A stretch of DNA of 64,000 nucleotides, taken from assembly GCA_020850475.1 (NCBI GenBank), contig JADZEO010000011.1, positions 10,764-74,763 of the forward strand, written 5' to 3'. The notes below the pieces were generated by a model that was not told the DNA's origin, searched no databases, and saw only the letters and a list, made by a program, of their open reading frames with translations. Shown here piece by piece: positions 43,725 through 53,096 of this stretch. Position 1 is the stretch's first letter, and each line of letters opens with the position of its first letter. The translations under genes and the position numbers were made by a program. The stretch comes from Bdellovibrionales bacterium (GTDB lineage Bacteria; Bdellovibrionota; Bdellovibrionia; Bdellovibrionales; UBA1609).

Positions 43725-45755
43725 ATGATGGATGTCGGTATATTTGCACCACTGGCGGGAATTATTGGTTTGGTTTTTGCGGCAGTAACCTATGCCAACC
43801 TCAAGAGGCAGCCCGCCGGCACAGATAAAATGATTGCGATCGGAAACGAAATTCACCTCGGTGCCATGACCTTTCTTAAGGCCGAGTATTCAAAGCTCGT
43901 CATTTTTGTGGTGGTGGTGGCAGGACTCTTGATGTTTGGTTTTAATTGGCAAACCAGTGCCGCTTTTGTGGTGGGAGCGATCTCCTCGGCAATGGCTGGC
44001 TTTATTGGGATGTCGGCAGCGACCAAGGGCAACGTCAGGACCGCCGCGGCCGCGAAGGATCGGGGCGTGGGCGCAGCTCTCCAGATTGCGTTCAATGGGG
44101 GAGCGGTGATGGGGATGTCGGTCGCCAGTATTGGCTTGATCGGCTTAGGCGTGCTCTATTTTGTTTTTCGTCAAGAAGCCAATGCGGCAGCCATTATCAG
44201 TGGCTTTTCCATGGGTGCGTCGTCGATTGCGCTTTTTGCGCGCATTGGTGGAGGGATTTTTACCAAGGCCGCTGATGTGGGCTCTGACTTAGTTGGTAAA
44301 CTTGAGGCGGGTATTCCCGAAGACGATCCCCGCAATCCCGGAGTGATTGCCGATAACGTGGGCGACAATGTCGGTGACGTCGCTGGAATGGGTGCTGATA
44401 TTTTTGAGTCCTATGTTGGCGCCATGGTGGCGTCAATGACCATTGCCGCCACGATGTCCGAAGTCACTCGCACGGAGATGTTTGGCGGTGTTGGAATGGA
44501 CGTCTTAATGAGTTTGCCCCTTGCCGTTTCGGTGATTGGCTTGTTCGCGAGTCTGGTGGGCATCTTGGGTATGAACATTTTCAAGAAAATGGACCCGGCC
44601 CGGGCAATCGCCGTCTCTGAAGCGACCGCGGCATTTTTATTTTTAGTCGGAACAGTGGTGGTGATCAATCAGGTGGGAATCGGACTTGGGGTTTTTTGGG
44701 CCCTACTGGCCGGTTCGATTTGCGGTATTTTGATTGGTAAGGCCACTGAGTATTACACGGCCAACAAACCCGTGTTTCGAATCGCCGAAGCTTCTAAGAC
44801 CGGTCCCGCGACTAATATTATTGCGGGAATTGCCGTGGGACTTGAGAGTTGTGCCATTCCGCTGTTCTTGATCGCGGTATCGATCCTAACGGCTTATAAA
44901 TTTGCAGGTCTCTATGGTATTGCCATGGCGGCGGTCGGAATGTTGGCGACCGTGGGCGTGACCATGACCATTGATGCCTATGGACCCGTGGCTGACAATG
45001 CGGGCGGAATTTCGGAAATGTCAGGCTTGGGACCAGAGGTGCGCAAAATCACCGATGGACTCGATGCCCTTGGCAATACCACGGCGGCTATGGGTAAAGG
45101 TTTTGCCATCGGCTCAGCGGCCCTGACGGCCTTGGCCTTGTTTGTCGCCTACAAGCAGGCAATTGACTTTGCCAGTGGCGGCACCGCGAACTTTACTATG
45201 GACATTACTGACCCCAATGTGGTGGTTGGAATGTTTCTGGGGGCGATGGTGGTTTTGATTTGTGCTGCCCTCACGATGGTCTCAGTCGGTAAAGCGGCGG
45301 GAGAAATGGTGACGGAGATTCGCCGCCAGTTTCGGGAGATTCCGGGACTGTTGCAGGGCACGGGCAAGCCTGATACCGCTCGTTGTATTCAAATCTCAAC
45401 TCATGCGGCACTTAAAGAAATGGTGGCCCCAGGATTGGTGGCGGTGATTGCGCCGGTGGCGGTGGGCTTTGGCCTCGGACCCGCGGCACTCGGTGGTGTA
45501 CTCGCCGGCTCACTCTTAACGGGAGTGGTCTTGGCTTTGTTGATGTCGAATGCGGGTGGGGCCTGGGACAACGCCAAGAAATTCATCGAGAAGGGCGACA
45601 TTCCTGGTGAAAAGAAAGGCGGCTCGGCCCATCAAGCGGCCGTGATCGGCGACACCGTCGGTGACCCCTTCAAAGATACCACTGGTCCTTCGATGAACAT
45701 TCTCATCAAGCTGATTTCCATCGTTGCTTTGTTGTTAGCGCCACTTCTCGTGTAG
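43725..45755 (+). CDS. hppA: membrane-integral pyrophosphatase, canonical K+-dependent-type signature
   Basis: [56 protein letters not shown], then [18 protein letters not shown] (Ala at the K+ determinant), GGAWDNAKK and [12 protein letters not shown]. Confidence 0.95.
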   Translation: MMDVGIFAPLAGIIGLVFAAVTYANLKRQPAGTDKMIAIGNEIHLGAMTFLKAEYSKLVIFVVVVAGLLMFGFNWQTSAAFVVGAISSAMAGFIGMSAATKGNVRTAAAAKDRGVGAALQIAFNGGAVMGMSVASIGLIGLGVLYFVFRQEANAAAIISGFSMGASSIALFARIGGGIFTKAADVGSDLVGKLEAGIPEDDPRNPGVIADNVGDNVGDVAGMGADIFESYVGAMVASMTIAATMSEVTRTEMFGGVGMDVLMSLPLAVSVIGLFASLVGILGMNIFKKMDPARAIAVSEATAAFLFLVGTVVVINQVGIGLGVFWALLAGSICGILIGKATEYYTANKPVFRIAEASKTGPATNIIAGIAVGLESCAIPLFLIAVSILTAYKFAGLYGIAMAAVGMLATVGVTMTIDAYGPVADNAGGISEMSGLGPEVRKITDGLDALGNTTAAMGKGFAIGSAALTALALFVAYKQAIDFASGGTANFTMDITDPNVVVGMFLGAMVVLICAALTMVSVGKAAGEMVTEIRRQFREIPGLLQGTGKPDTARCIQISTHAALKEMVAPGLVAVIAPVAVGFGLGPAALGGVLAGSLLTGVVLALLMSNAGGAWDNAKKFIEKGDIPGEKKGGSAHQAAVIGDTVGDPFKDTTGPSMNILIKLISIVALLLAPLLV

Positions 45756-45770
45756 TCGTGCGCGCGCCGC

Positions 45771-47309
45771 TCACTCCCCCGCGGTTTCGATGCGGGGGAA
45801 GAGCGGATCGCCCTTGGCAATTGCGGCACCGGCAGGAATCACGCCCCATTTTTTTGCCAATTCAAAATTGGGTTGTGACTGACCGAGACGATCGAGGAGG
45901 TCCGCCATCTTGGTGGGCATGACGGGGCTGAGTAGAATCGCCGCAATTCGCAAGCACTCAATCGCGGTGTAAAGAGAGTTGCCCGCCGCCGCGACATCTT
46001 CTTTGGCCTTTTTCCAGGGGGCTGTTTCCTCAAGAAAGCGATTGGCTTCGTTGAGCAGAGCCACGACGTGCTCAAGGGCATAACTGGGGGCTAAGCGTTC
46101 AATGTCGGCTTGCACTTTGCTGGCTGTCTCTCCCGCCAAATGAATAATCTTTCGAGTGGCAGGATCGTCGCCAGATCCCGCCGGCGCTTTGCCGTCGAAA
46201 TACTTGCCGATCAAATTGGCTGAGCGACTCAAAAGATTTCCGAGATTGTTTGCTAGATCGGTGTTGATTCGGCCCACGACTAGATCTTTTGAGAACGGGG
46301 CATCGTTACCAAAATGAATGTCACGCACTAAGAAATAACGGAAGGCATCGACCCCCACCAGCGACTTGATATCGAGGGGGTTAATGACTTCGCCCACCGA
46401 TTTGCTCATCTTTGCGTTGTCTTTGTTGAGAATCCAGCCGTGCGCAAAAATAGTTTTGGGTAGCGGAGCCCCGGCTGCCATCAGCATCGTGGTCCAGTAA
46501 ACGGCGTGAGTGGTGATGATGTCTTTACCGATGAGATGAACAGCGCCGGTCTCTTTCCACCACTTCTGAAACTCAGCAGAGCGTGCGGGTTGTTGGAAGC
46601 CAACCCCCGTCGCGTAATTGAGAAGCGCATCAAACCAAACATAGGTGACGTAGTCGCGATCAAAGGGAATTTCTATACCCCAGCTCAAACGCGTCTTCGG
46701 GCGGCTGATGCACAAATCCCCGAGTGGTTGGCGCAAAAACCCCAGGACTTCATTTTTGCGACTCTCGGGTTTGATAAAATTCGGATGTTGTTCAATGTGA
46801 TCAATTAAGGGTTGCTGGTATTTGGACATCTTAAAGAAATAATTTTTCTCGGTGATGCGCTGGACTTCTTTGCCGGTGGGACTTTTGCCGTCAACCAGCT
46901 CCTTTTCGGTGTAAAAGATCTCCTCGCTGACGCAGTACCAGCCTTCATAAGTGTCTTCGTAAATGTCGCCCTTTTGCCAAAGGTCATCGAGAACTGCCTG
47001 CACGGCTTTCTTGTGAAAATCGTCAGTGGTCCGAAAAAAGATATCGTACTTGATGTCGAGTTCCTGCCAGGCGGCCTTAAAATTTTTGACCATATCGTCG
47101 CAGTGAGCCTGCGGAGCCATCTGGCGCTTCTCGGCAGCCTGTTGGCATTTTTGCCCGTGTTCATCGGTACCCGTCAAAAAGAGCGTCTCTTCGCCAAACA
47201 GTCGGTGATAGCGGTTGAGGACATCGGCCATCACCGTACTGTAAGCGGTGCCGATATGGGGTTTGTCATTCACGTAATAGAGAGGGGTGGTAATGTAAAA
47301 CCGCTTCAT
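45771..47309 (-). CDS. metG: methionine--tRNA ligase
   Basis: HIGH-type motif ([20 protein letters not shown]) and KMSKS motif ([11 protein letters not shown]). The 512-aa form lacks a C-terminal tRNA-binding appendix. Confidence 0.95.
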   Translation of the reverse strand: MKRFYITTPLYYVNDKPHIGTAYSTVMADVLNRYHRLFGEETLFLTGTDEHGQKCQQAAEKRQMAPQAHCDDMVKNFKAAWQELDIKYDIFFRTTDDFHKKAVQAVLDDLWQKGDIYEDTYEGWYCVSEEIFYTEKELVDGKSPTGKEVQRITEKNYFFKMSKYQQPLIDHIEQHPNFIKPESRKNEVLGFLRQPLGDLCISRPKTRLSWGIEIPFDRDYVTYVWFDALLNYATGVGFQQPARSAEFQKWWKETGAVHLIGKDIITTHAVYWTTMLMAAGAPLPKTIFAHGWILNKDNAKMSKSVGEVINPLDIKSLVGVDAFRYFLVRDIHFGNDAPFSKDLVVGRINTDLANNLGNLLSRSANLIGKYFDGKAPAGSGDDPATRKIIHLAGETASKVQADIERLAPSYALEHVVALLNEANRFLEETAPWKKAKEDVAAAGNSLYTAIECLRIAAILLSPVMPTKMADLLDRLGQSQPNFELAKKWGVIPAGAAIAKGDPLFPRIETAGE

Positions 47310-47336
47310 TGCAGGTCCTTGTTGTTTCTTGTCAGT

Positions 47337-48413
47337 TTAACCCAAATCACCATCATCCGTCAGGCCCAGCTTTTTCATGATCTTGGCCATGTTCTTACGC
47401 ATCTCCACCAGGTGAGGGAATACGGCCAGCGTTTTGAGGTGATGCTTCAGCTCGACAAAAGGATAACCGCCGTAAGCACCGGGCTTGGTGACATCGCCGT
47501 GAATCGTCGAGACACCGGCGGCCGTCACATTGTCACAAACCGTGATGTGGCCGGCCACGGAGGTGCGACCTCCAAAAAAGTTGTTGCTCCCCAGCGTGGC
47601 TGAGCCCGCGGTAATGAGACCGGCCGTCAGCAAGCAGTTTTTGCCCGTCACCAGGTTGTGACCCAAGTGGCAGTAGTTGTCGATCTTAGTCCCTTCGCCG
47701 ATGACGGTGTCGCGAAAGGTTCCGCGGTCGAGAAACACGCCCGAGCCGAGGTGCACGCGATCTTGCAGAACGGCTCTTCCGTAATGGGTCACGCGGTGAT
47801 GGTGCCCGCGCGAGTCGGTTGCGTAGCCAAACCCCTCGGAACCTATGCTCGACAATGGCAACACTTCACAGTGCTCGCCAATTTGGGCATCGTAAGCGAT
47901 GTAAACCATGGCATGTAGGTGCGTGTGGGCGCCGATTTGCGCTCCCGCTTCCACCACCGTGTGGGGACCGATCAAGACGTGAGCGCCCACCCGGACCTCT
48001 CGACCGATGACCGCGTAAGGGCCGATGATGGCGGTCGGATCAACCTTGGCCGTGGGATCGATGACGGCGGTGGGGTGGACTCGGCCTTCCCCATAGGTGG
48101 AACGAGCCAGCGGGTGCGGGAAAAAAGTTTGCCCAATCAGAGCCAAGGCGAGCTTCGGATTTGGTGACGACACGATCGTGGTGGACTGGGGAAAGAGGCT
48201 CTCCGCCCGGGTCGCCTGCTTCTCTGGAACCACCACAGCCCCGGGGCCGCCAGACGTAGCTCTCGACGATGGCATTTCAAAAAGGAAAGCAAGTTCCTCG
48301 GCGCCCTCACATTCCGGGGGGCCAAGTCGGGAGATTTTCACCCTACCGGAACCGCGGTGCAGCCGAACTAGATCTGAAAATTTTTCTAAGATTTCATTTA
48401 GTTGAGTTGCCAT
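47337..48413 (-). CDS. lpxD: UDP-3-O-acylglucosamine N-acyltransferase
   Basis: Long left-handed beta-helix hexapeptide region (IGPYAVIGREVRVGAHVLIGPHTVVEAGAQIGAHTHL...) with an LpxD-type N-terminal domain. I prefer the ATG at 48413 (GGAGAG RBS) to the track start at 48425. Confidence 0.9.
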   Translation of the reverse strand: MATQLNEILEKFSDLVRLHRGSGRVKISRLGPPECEGAEELAFLFEMPSSRATSGGPGAVVVPEKQATRAESLFPQSTTIVSSPNPKLALALIGQTFFPHPLARSTYGEGRVHPTAVIDPTAKVDPTAIIGPYAVIGREVRVGAHVLIGPHTVVEAGAQIGAHTHLHAMVYIAYDAQIGEHCEVLPLSSIGSEGFGYATDSRGHHHRVTHYGRAVLQDRVHLGSGVFLDRGTFRDTVIGEGTKIDNYCHLGHNLVTGKNCLLTAGLITAGSATLGSNNFFGGRTSVAGHITVCDNVTAAGVSTIHGDVTKPGAYGGYPFVELKHHLKTLAVFPHLVEMRKNMAKIMKKLGLTDDGDLG

Positions 48414-48595
48414 GACTCTCTCCATTATAGAGCATTACGAAGGGGCGACTCTACCAGGTACGAGGTGAGAGTCACAATCGATGAAACAAGGCATTAATCC
48501 AGTCATTTCGGCTTGTTCCCTCACCATTAATGCCTTTTGCGTCTACCCATTCTGAATATTTTGCGGTAAGAGAACCAGCATTATCAGGAGATTCT

Positions 48596-49309
48596 ATGCC
48601 AGTAAAAAAAGCAGCGAAGTTGCAGGGGACCAAAGCGAGCAAAAAGTCGGTAAAACCGATGGCTAAAAAGGCAGTTGCCGGAAAGAAGATGGCTGCCGGA
48701 AAGAAGACGGCCGCAAAAAAGACCGCTCCAGTGAAGAAATCCGCTGGTGCCAAAAAGCCCGCGGCTAAGAGTCAACCTGTTGCGAAGAGTCCACTCGCCG
48801 CTAAAAAGCCAACGGCGGCGGCTCCGGCGCCCGTGGTAAAGAAAGCGGAACCTAAACCCATGAAGGCGGTTGCAACCATGCAAGCGGTTGCCAAAGACTT
48901 GAATGCGGCGAAGGATAAGACTCTAAAAGCGGTGGTCGATAAAGCCAAGAAAATGGTGAAGCAGGCGAAAGAGCAAATGGAGAAGCCTGCCGTACTGGCT
49001 GCTATTGTCGAGGAAACCACCACAATGGAAGAAGTGGCTTTGGCCGCTAAACCCGTTAAAAAGCGGATGACCAAGACACAGGCTGCGGCCATGGAAAAGC
49101 TGGGGAAGATGACGCAAAAGTGGATGGCTCTGTATCGCCGAGCGAAGACCATCAAGTCGTCTCCGTACAGCATGCGCAGCACCTATGAGGCAAAAACCGC
49201 CATTGAACACAAAATTCTCGGTTGGGGCTACATTCTGACAAACAAGAATGACCGCCTTGAGGTTTTGTTTAAAGATGGAGTGAAATTTCTGATTTCGAAT
49301 TACAAGTGA
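48596..49309 (+). CDS. histone-H1-like Lys/Ala/Pro-rich protein with a small globular C-terminal domain
   Basis: The ATG at 48596 follows a CAGGAG RBS. About 100 aa of KKAAxK/AKKPA repeats are followed by ...AIEHKILGWGYILTNKNDRLEVLFKDGVKFLISNY. Confidence 0.6.
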   Translation: MPVKKAAKLQGTKASKKSVKPMAKKAVAGKKMAAGKKTAAKKTAPVKKSAGAKKPAAKSQPVAKSPLAAKKPTAAAPAPVVKKAEPKPMKAVATMQAVAKDLNAAKDKTLKAVVDKAKKMVKQAKEQMEKPAVLAAIVEETTTMEEVALAAKPVKKRMTKTQAAAMEKLGKMTQKWMALYRRAKTIKSSPYSMRSTYEAKTAIEHKILGWGYILTNKNDRLEVLFKDGVKFLISNYK

Positions 49310-49347
49310 TGATGTTGAAGTAAAGACGAGAGGACACAAAAAGCAGC

Positions 49348-49566
49348 ATGGCAAAAGACGATTTGGCACAACTTGAGGGACAGGTAGTCGATGCCGCCGC
49401 CGGCGGGATCTACAAAGTGAAACTAGAAAACGACGTCGAAATTTCAGCAAAACTGTGTGGTAAAATGCGTCGGTTTAATATCCGAGTTGTGGTGGGTGAC
49501 AAGGTCACTGTTGGAGTTTCACCCTACGACCCGACCCATGGCCTGATCATGTATCGTCACAAATAA
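49348..49566 (+). CDS. infA: translation initiation factor IF-1
   Basis: 72 aa. The S1-like sequence ...GKMRRFNIRVVVGDKVTVGVSPYDPTHGLIMYRHK is near-canonical IF-1. Confidence 0.95.
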   Translation: MAKDDLAQLEGQVVDAAAGGIYKVKLENDVEISAKLCGKMRRFNIRVVVGDKVTVGVSPYDPTHGLIMYRHK

Positions 49567-49625
49567 CCGGACTAACCCATTACCAGGTGTTTTATTAACC
49601 TCCCCCTCAACCAAATGAGTCTACG

Positions 49626-52097
49626 ATGGCAGTAGTTTTGGATCCCAGTTTCAAGGCTTATGTCGCAAAGTCATTCTCTCGAATCAACGACAAGTCCATA
49701 TCGGCAGTTCTTGAGTTGCACGCGGAAGGTGGAACTGTTCCATTTATCGCGCGCTACCGCAAAGAGCGCACCGGTAATCTGGATGAGGTGGAAATTCGCG
49801 GAGTATTGGACTCTTTTGCTACTTGGCAGGAAATCGTCAAGCGCAAGGAGTTCGTGGTTGCGGAGATTGAAAAGCAGGGGAACTTAACTGCTGAACTCAA
49901 GACGCGAATCGAAAAATGTTGGGACCTGGGTGAGATCGAAGAGCTTTATCGTCCCTACAAGCGCAAAAAGAAAACCAAGGCCACGCTTGCCCGTGAGGCG
50001 GGATTACAGCCTCTGGCTGATTGGCTGTGGCAATTAGGTCAAGGCGAGATCAAAGACAGCACGGCTCTCGAAATCAAGGCGAAGGAGTACATCAACCCCA
50101 CGGCTGGATTTGCGACCTATGATGAGGCCCTGCGCGGCGCTCAGCACATCATTGTTGAGAGGCTGTGCAACGAGTCTGATCTGCGCGCCTTGGTTCGTGA
50201 TGAATATATGACTCACGGATTGCTGACCACGGGCAAGACCACCCAGTTTAAAAATCATTCGAAGTATGAAATGTACGGCGACTTTAAGGAGCCGGTGAAG
50301 AGTCTGCAGAGCTTGAAGGCCTCGCATCGTTACTTGGCGTTGCGCCGGGGCTGGCAAGAGGGCGAACTCAAAGTTGCCATTGAGGCCGACGACAACAAGT
50401 TGCTGAGTCACTTTGAAAAAGCCGTCATCAAGGTGAACGGCTGTCAGGCTGAGGCGTTTCTCAAAGAGAGTGCTAAGAATGCCCTTCAGGTGCATGTGAT
50501 CCCCTCGATCACTAACGAAATTCATCGCCTGTTGAAAGAGAAGGCCGATCAAGATGCCATTTTGGTATTTGCTGAGAACCTGCGAAAGGTTTTGATGGGC
50601 AGTCCTTTTGGTTCGCGCGTGGTGTTGGGTGTCGACCCGGGCGTGCGGACGGGTTGCAAATTGGCTCTGCTTGATAAGGGCGGTAATTTTATCTCGTCAA
50701 CGGTTCTGCATATTCAGGGAGACAGTGCTGAAGAAACCGCTCGTAAGCTCTTTGGCGAAGTGCTTAAGCAAATCAAAATTGAAGCCATTGCCGTAGGCAA
50801 TGGTACGGGTGGGCGCGAGGCCGAGCGCTTTATCCGCAAGGTGCTAAAAGATTTGGGACACGATGTTCCCGTTATGATGGTTAATGAGTCGGGAGCGAGT
50901 GTGTATTCGGCCAGCGACGTAGCTCGGGGAGAGTTCCCTGATTTGGATATCACGGTAAGAGGAGCTATTTCCATTGCTCGTCGACTTCAAGATCCTCTGG
51001 CTGAGTTGGTTAAGATTGATCCTAAGAGTATTGGCGTGGGCCAGTATCAGCATGACGTGGAACAAAACCAGTTGAAGAAGTCATTGCACGACGTGGTTGA
51101 GAGCTGCGTGAACTCGGTCGGCGTCGACCTCAACACGGCGTCGGAATCACTGCTGCAGTATGTGGCGGGAATCGGGCCAGCCATCGCCAAGAACATTTTG
51201 GTTCACCGCAAGGAAAAAGGTTTGTTCAAGGATCGCAGTGAATTGATGGATGTATCGAAGTTTTCGTCCAAGGGCTTTGAACAAGCGGCTGGCTTTCTTC
51301 GTATCATGAATGGCAACTCGGTTTTAGATGCGACGGGAATTCATCCAGAGCGGTATCAAGCGGTCAAAGACATGGCGCAAGAGCTGGATACCAACGTCAA
51401 GAATTTGATTGGCGAAGGAGCAACCCAGCTTGAAAAACTTCGCGAGAAGTGGGCACCGATCATCGGTGAATTTACTTTTAATGATATTGTTGCTGAACTC
51501 AAGAAGCCCGGGCGCGATCCTCGTGATTTATTCAAAATCTTCCAATTCCGTGAGGACATCAACGAAGTTGCCGACCTCAAGGACGGAATGATTTGTCCTG
51601 GGATCGTCACCAACGTGACCAACTTTGGAGCTTTTGTCGATATTGGAGTTCATCAGGACGGCCTGGTTCACATTTCTCAGTTGTCGCACAAGTTTGTTGA
51701 TGACCCCCGCAAGGTGGTTTCGCCTGGGGATCAAGTCACCGTCAAGGTGATGGCGGTAGACAAGGACAAGAGCCAAATCTCCCTCACCATGTTACTGGAA
51801 GAAAAGCCGGAGCAAAAGCCGGCGGCTCGGTCCGGGCAAGGGCGTGAGGAACGACGTCCGCGTGAGGACCGACGTCCCCGCCAGGAGCGTGGGTCGCGTG
51901 AGGACCGTGGTCCTCGCGAAGATCGGGGTTCACGTGACGAACGGGCGGCTCGTGGTGGCCAAGGTAATCGTCCGCCCCGTGGTGGCGATAAAAAGGGTGG
52001 CGGCGGTCGCGGTGGGCAGCAAGGCGGCGGCAAAGGTCGCAACAGCACGCCCTTTAATAATCCATTCGCTTCCTTGACCAATATTAACAAGTCGTAG
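49626..52097 (+). CDS. tex: Tex-like transcription accessory protein (YqgF/HhH/S1 domains) with Arg/Gly-rich tail
   Basis: N-terminal VPFIARYRKERTGNLDEVEIR, a YqgF-like region VLGVDPGVRTGCKLALLD, HhH segments and an S1 domain GIVTNVTNFGAFVDIGVHQDGLVHISQL. Confidence 0.9.
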   Translation: MAVVLDPSFKAYVAKSFSRINDKSISAVLELHAEGGTVPFIARYRKERTGNLDEVEIRGVLDSFATWQEIVKRKEFVVAEIEKQGNLTAELKTRIEKCWDLGEIEELYRPYKRKKKTKATLAREAGLQPLADWLWQLGQGEIKDSTALEIKAKEYINPTAGFATYDEALRGAQHIIVERLCNESDLRALVRDEYMTHGLLTTGKTTQFKNHSKYEMYGDFKEPVKSLQSLKASHRYLALRRGWQEGELKVAIEADDNKLLSHFEKAVIKVNGCQAEAFLKESAKNALQVHVIPSITNEIHRLLKEKADQDAILVFAENLRKVLMGSPFGSRVVLGVDPGVRTGCKLALLDKGGNFISSTVLHIQGDSAEETARKLFGEVLKQIKIEAIAVGNGTGGREAERFIRKVLKDLGHDVPVMMVNESGASVYSASDVARGEFPDLDITVRGAISIARRLQDPLAELVKIDPKSIGVGQYQHDVEQNQLKKSLHDVVESCVNSVGVDLNTASESLLQYVAGIGPAIAKNILVHRKEKGLFKDRSELMDVSKFSSKGFEQAAGFLRIMNGNSVLDATGIHPERYQAVKDMAQELDTNVKNLIGEGATQLEKLREKWAPIIGEFTFNDIVAELKKPGRDPRDLFKIFQFREDINEVADLKDGMICPGIVTNVTNFGAFVDIGVHQDGLVHISQLSHKFVDDPRKVVSPGDQVTVKVMAVDKDKSQISLTMLLEEKPEQKPAARSGQGREERRPREDRRPRQERGSREDRGPREDRGSRDERAARGGQGNRPPRGGDKKGGGGRGGQQGGGKGRNSTPFNNPFASLTNINKS

Positions 52098-52098
52098 G

Positions 52099-52884
52099 CT
52101 ATTTTTTCGCGATCAGCTTGTCGATCAATTCGGCAAAGCCGTTACCTCCTTCAGCGGGGGTAACGTAAGCCGGTGGATGTTGAAGTTGAGCGACAAAGCG
52201 CTCAATGTTAGCCACGGCGAAGGAATGCTTAAAAAACGCAAACATCGGTTCGTCGTTGGGGGAATCGCCGACAAAGGCCACTTTGTCGAGGTTTTGCTCG
52301 AGTTCCCAGCCCAACTCTTGCCGGCAAAAAATTTTGCATGCGGAGAGTTTGTCGTAGTTGCCAAACCAGCCGTTGACATGAATCGAGCTGACTTTTGCGG
52401 TGGCGCCGTGACGATTAAACACCTCGACTATCTTGGTGATCGCGTCGGGCTTGACGGGCGGGACGTCTTCACAAAAATCGATGGCAAGATCGAAGAGCCG
52501 GGTAAATTGGTCGGAGGCGACGGCGACACCCGGGACGGATTTGAGGACTTCGCTCTTAATTTGCTCCAGTTTTTGGCTGTTTTTTTGTCGCGTGTTTTCA
52601 TCGATCGCGAAAAACCGCTTCATCTTCTTGGTTTTTGGTGAATAGCGAAAGTAGAGGGCACCATTTTCGCCGACGATGCCGTCGACCGGCCAAAAGCGCG
52701 CAATCATTTCACACCACCCGGCGGGGCGGCCCGTGATCGGTACAATCGCGACTCCTGAGTTGGCAAGATCCCACATTGCTGAATAGGCGCGTGCTTCTAA
52801 TTTTCCTTCGGTCGTCATCGTGTCGTCGATGTCAGAGAATAAGACTTTGATACCGGGATTCTTGAATTGTGCGAGTGGTTTCAC
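52099..52884 (-). CDS. HAD-IIB family hydrolase (sugar-phosphate phosphatase-like)
   Basis: Motif I LFSDIDDTMT, motif II VPITGRP and motif IV VGDSPNDEPMF. Confidence 0.8.
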   Translation of the reverse strand: MKPLAQFKNPGIKVLFSDIDDTMTTEGKLEARAYSAMWDLANSGVAIVPITGRPAGWCEMIARFWPVDGIVGENGALYFRYSPKTKKMKRFFAIDENTRQKNSQKLEQIKSEVLKSVPGVAVASDQFTRLFDLAIDFCEDVPPVKPDAITKIVEVFNRHGATAKVSSIHVNGWFGNYDKLSACKIFCRQELGWELEQNLDKVAFVGDSPNDEPMFAFFKHSFAVANIERFVAQLQHPPAYVTPAEGGNGFAELIDKLIAKK

Positions 52885-53096
52885 AGACTACTCCAAAGTC
52901 GAGATTGCACCGAGTCAAGTTGGCTAATTCACATTTCCTTAATAAGGACTTGCTCGGTATTTGTTCCGTCCCCTATCTTATTGCCTGACACCAGGATATA
53001 GGAAATCATATTTCGATGTCATGTATCTATATTTATAGATGCAAACAAGGCCGACGGGCCATCAGGCGATAGCAGCAAATCGGAGACCATTTATTC

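Noticed and set aside
46812-47603. 263-aa plus-strand ORF spanning the metG/lpxD junction
   Set aside because: It is entirely antisense to two genes with unmistakable signatures (KMSKS/HIGH, hexapeptide repeats). It has no motifs of its own and a composition typical of a shadow ORF.
48584-49450. Several minus-strand ORFs (99, 136 and 175 aa) over the H1-like gene and infA leader
   Set aside because: They are antisense to the Lys/Ala-rich repeat, where stop codons are rare in all frames. They have no RBS or motif support, and the 175-aa ORF would run antisense into infA.
51731-52090. 119-aa minus-strand Pro/Arg-rich ORF opposite the Tex tail
   Set aside because: It is an artefact of the GC-rich hexapeptide repeat and is antisense to a continuous Tex reading frame.
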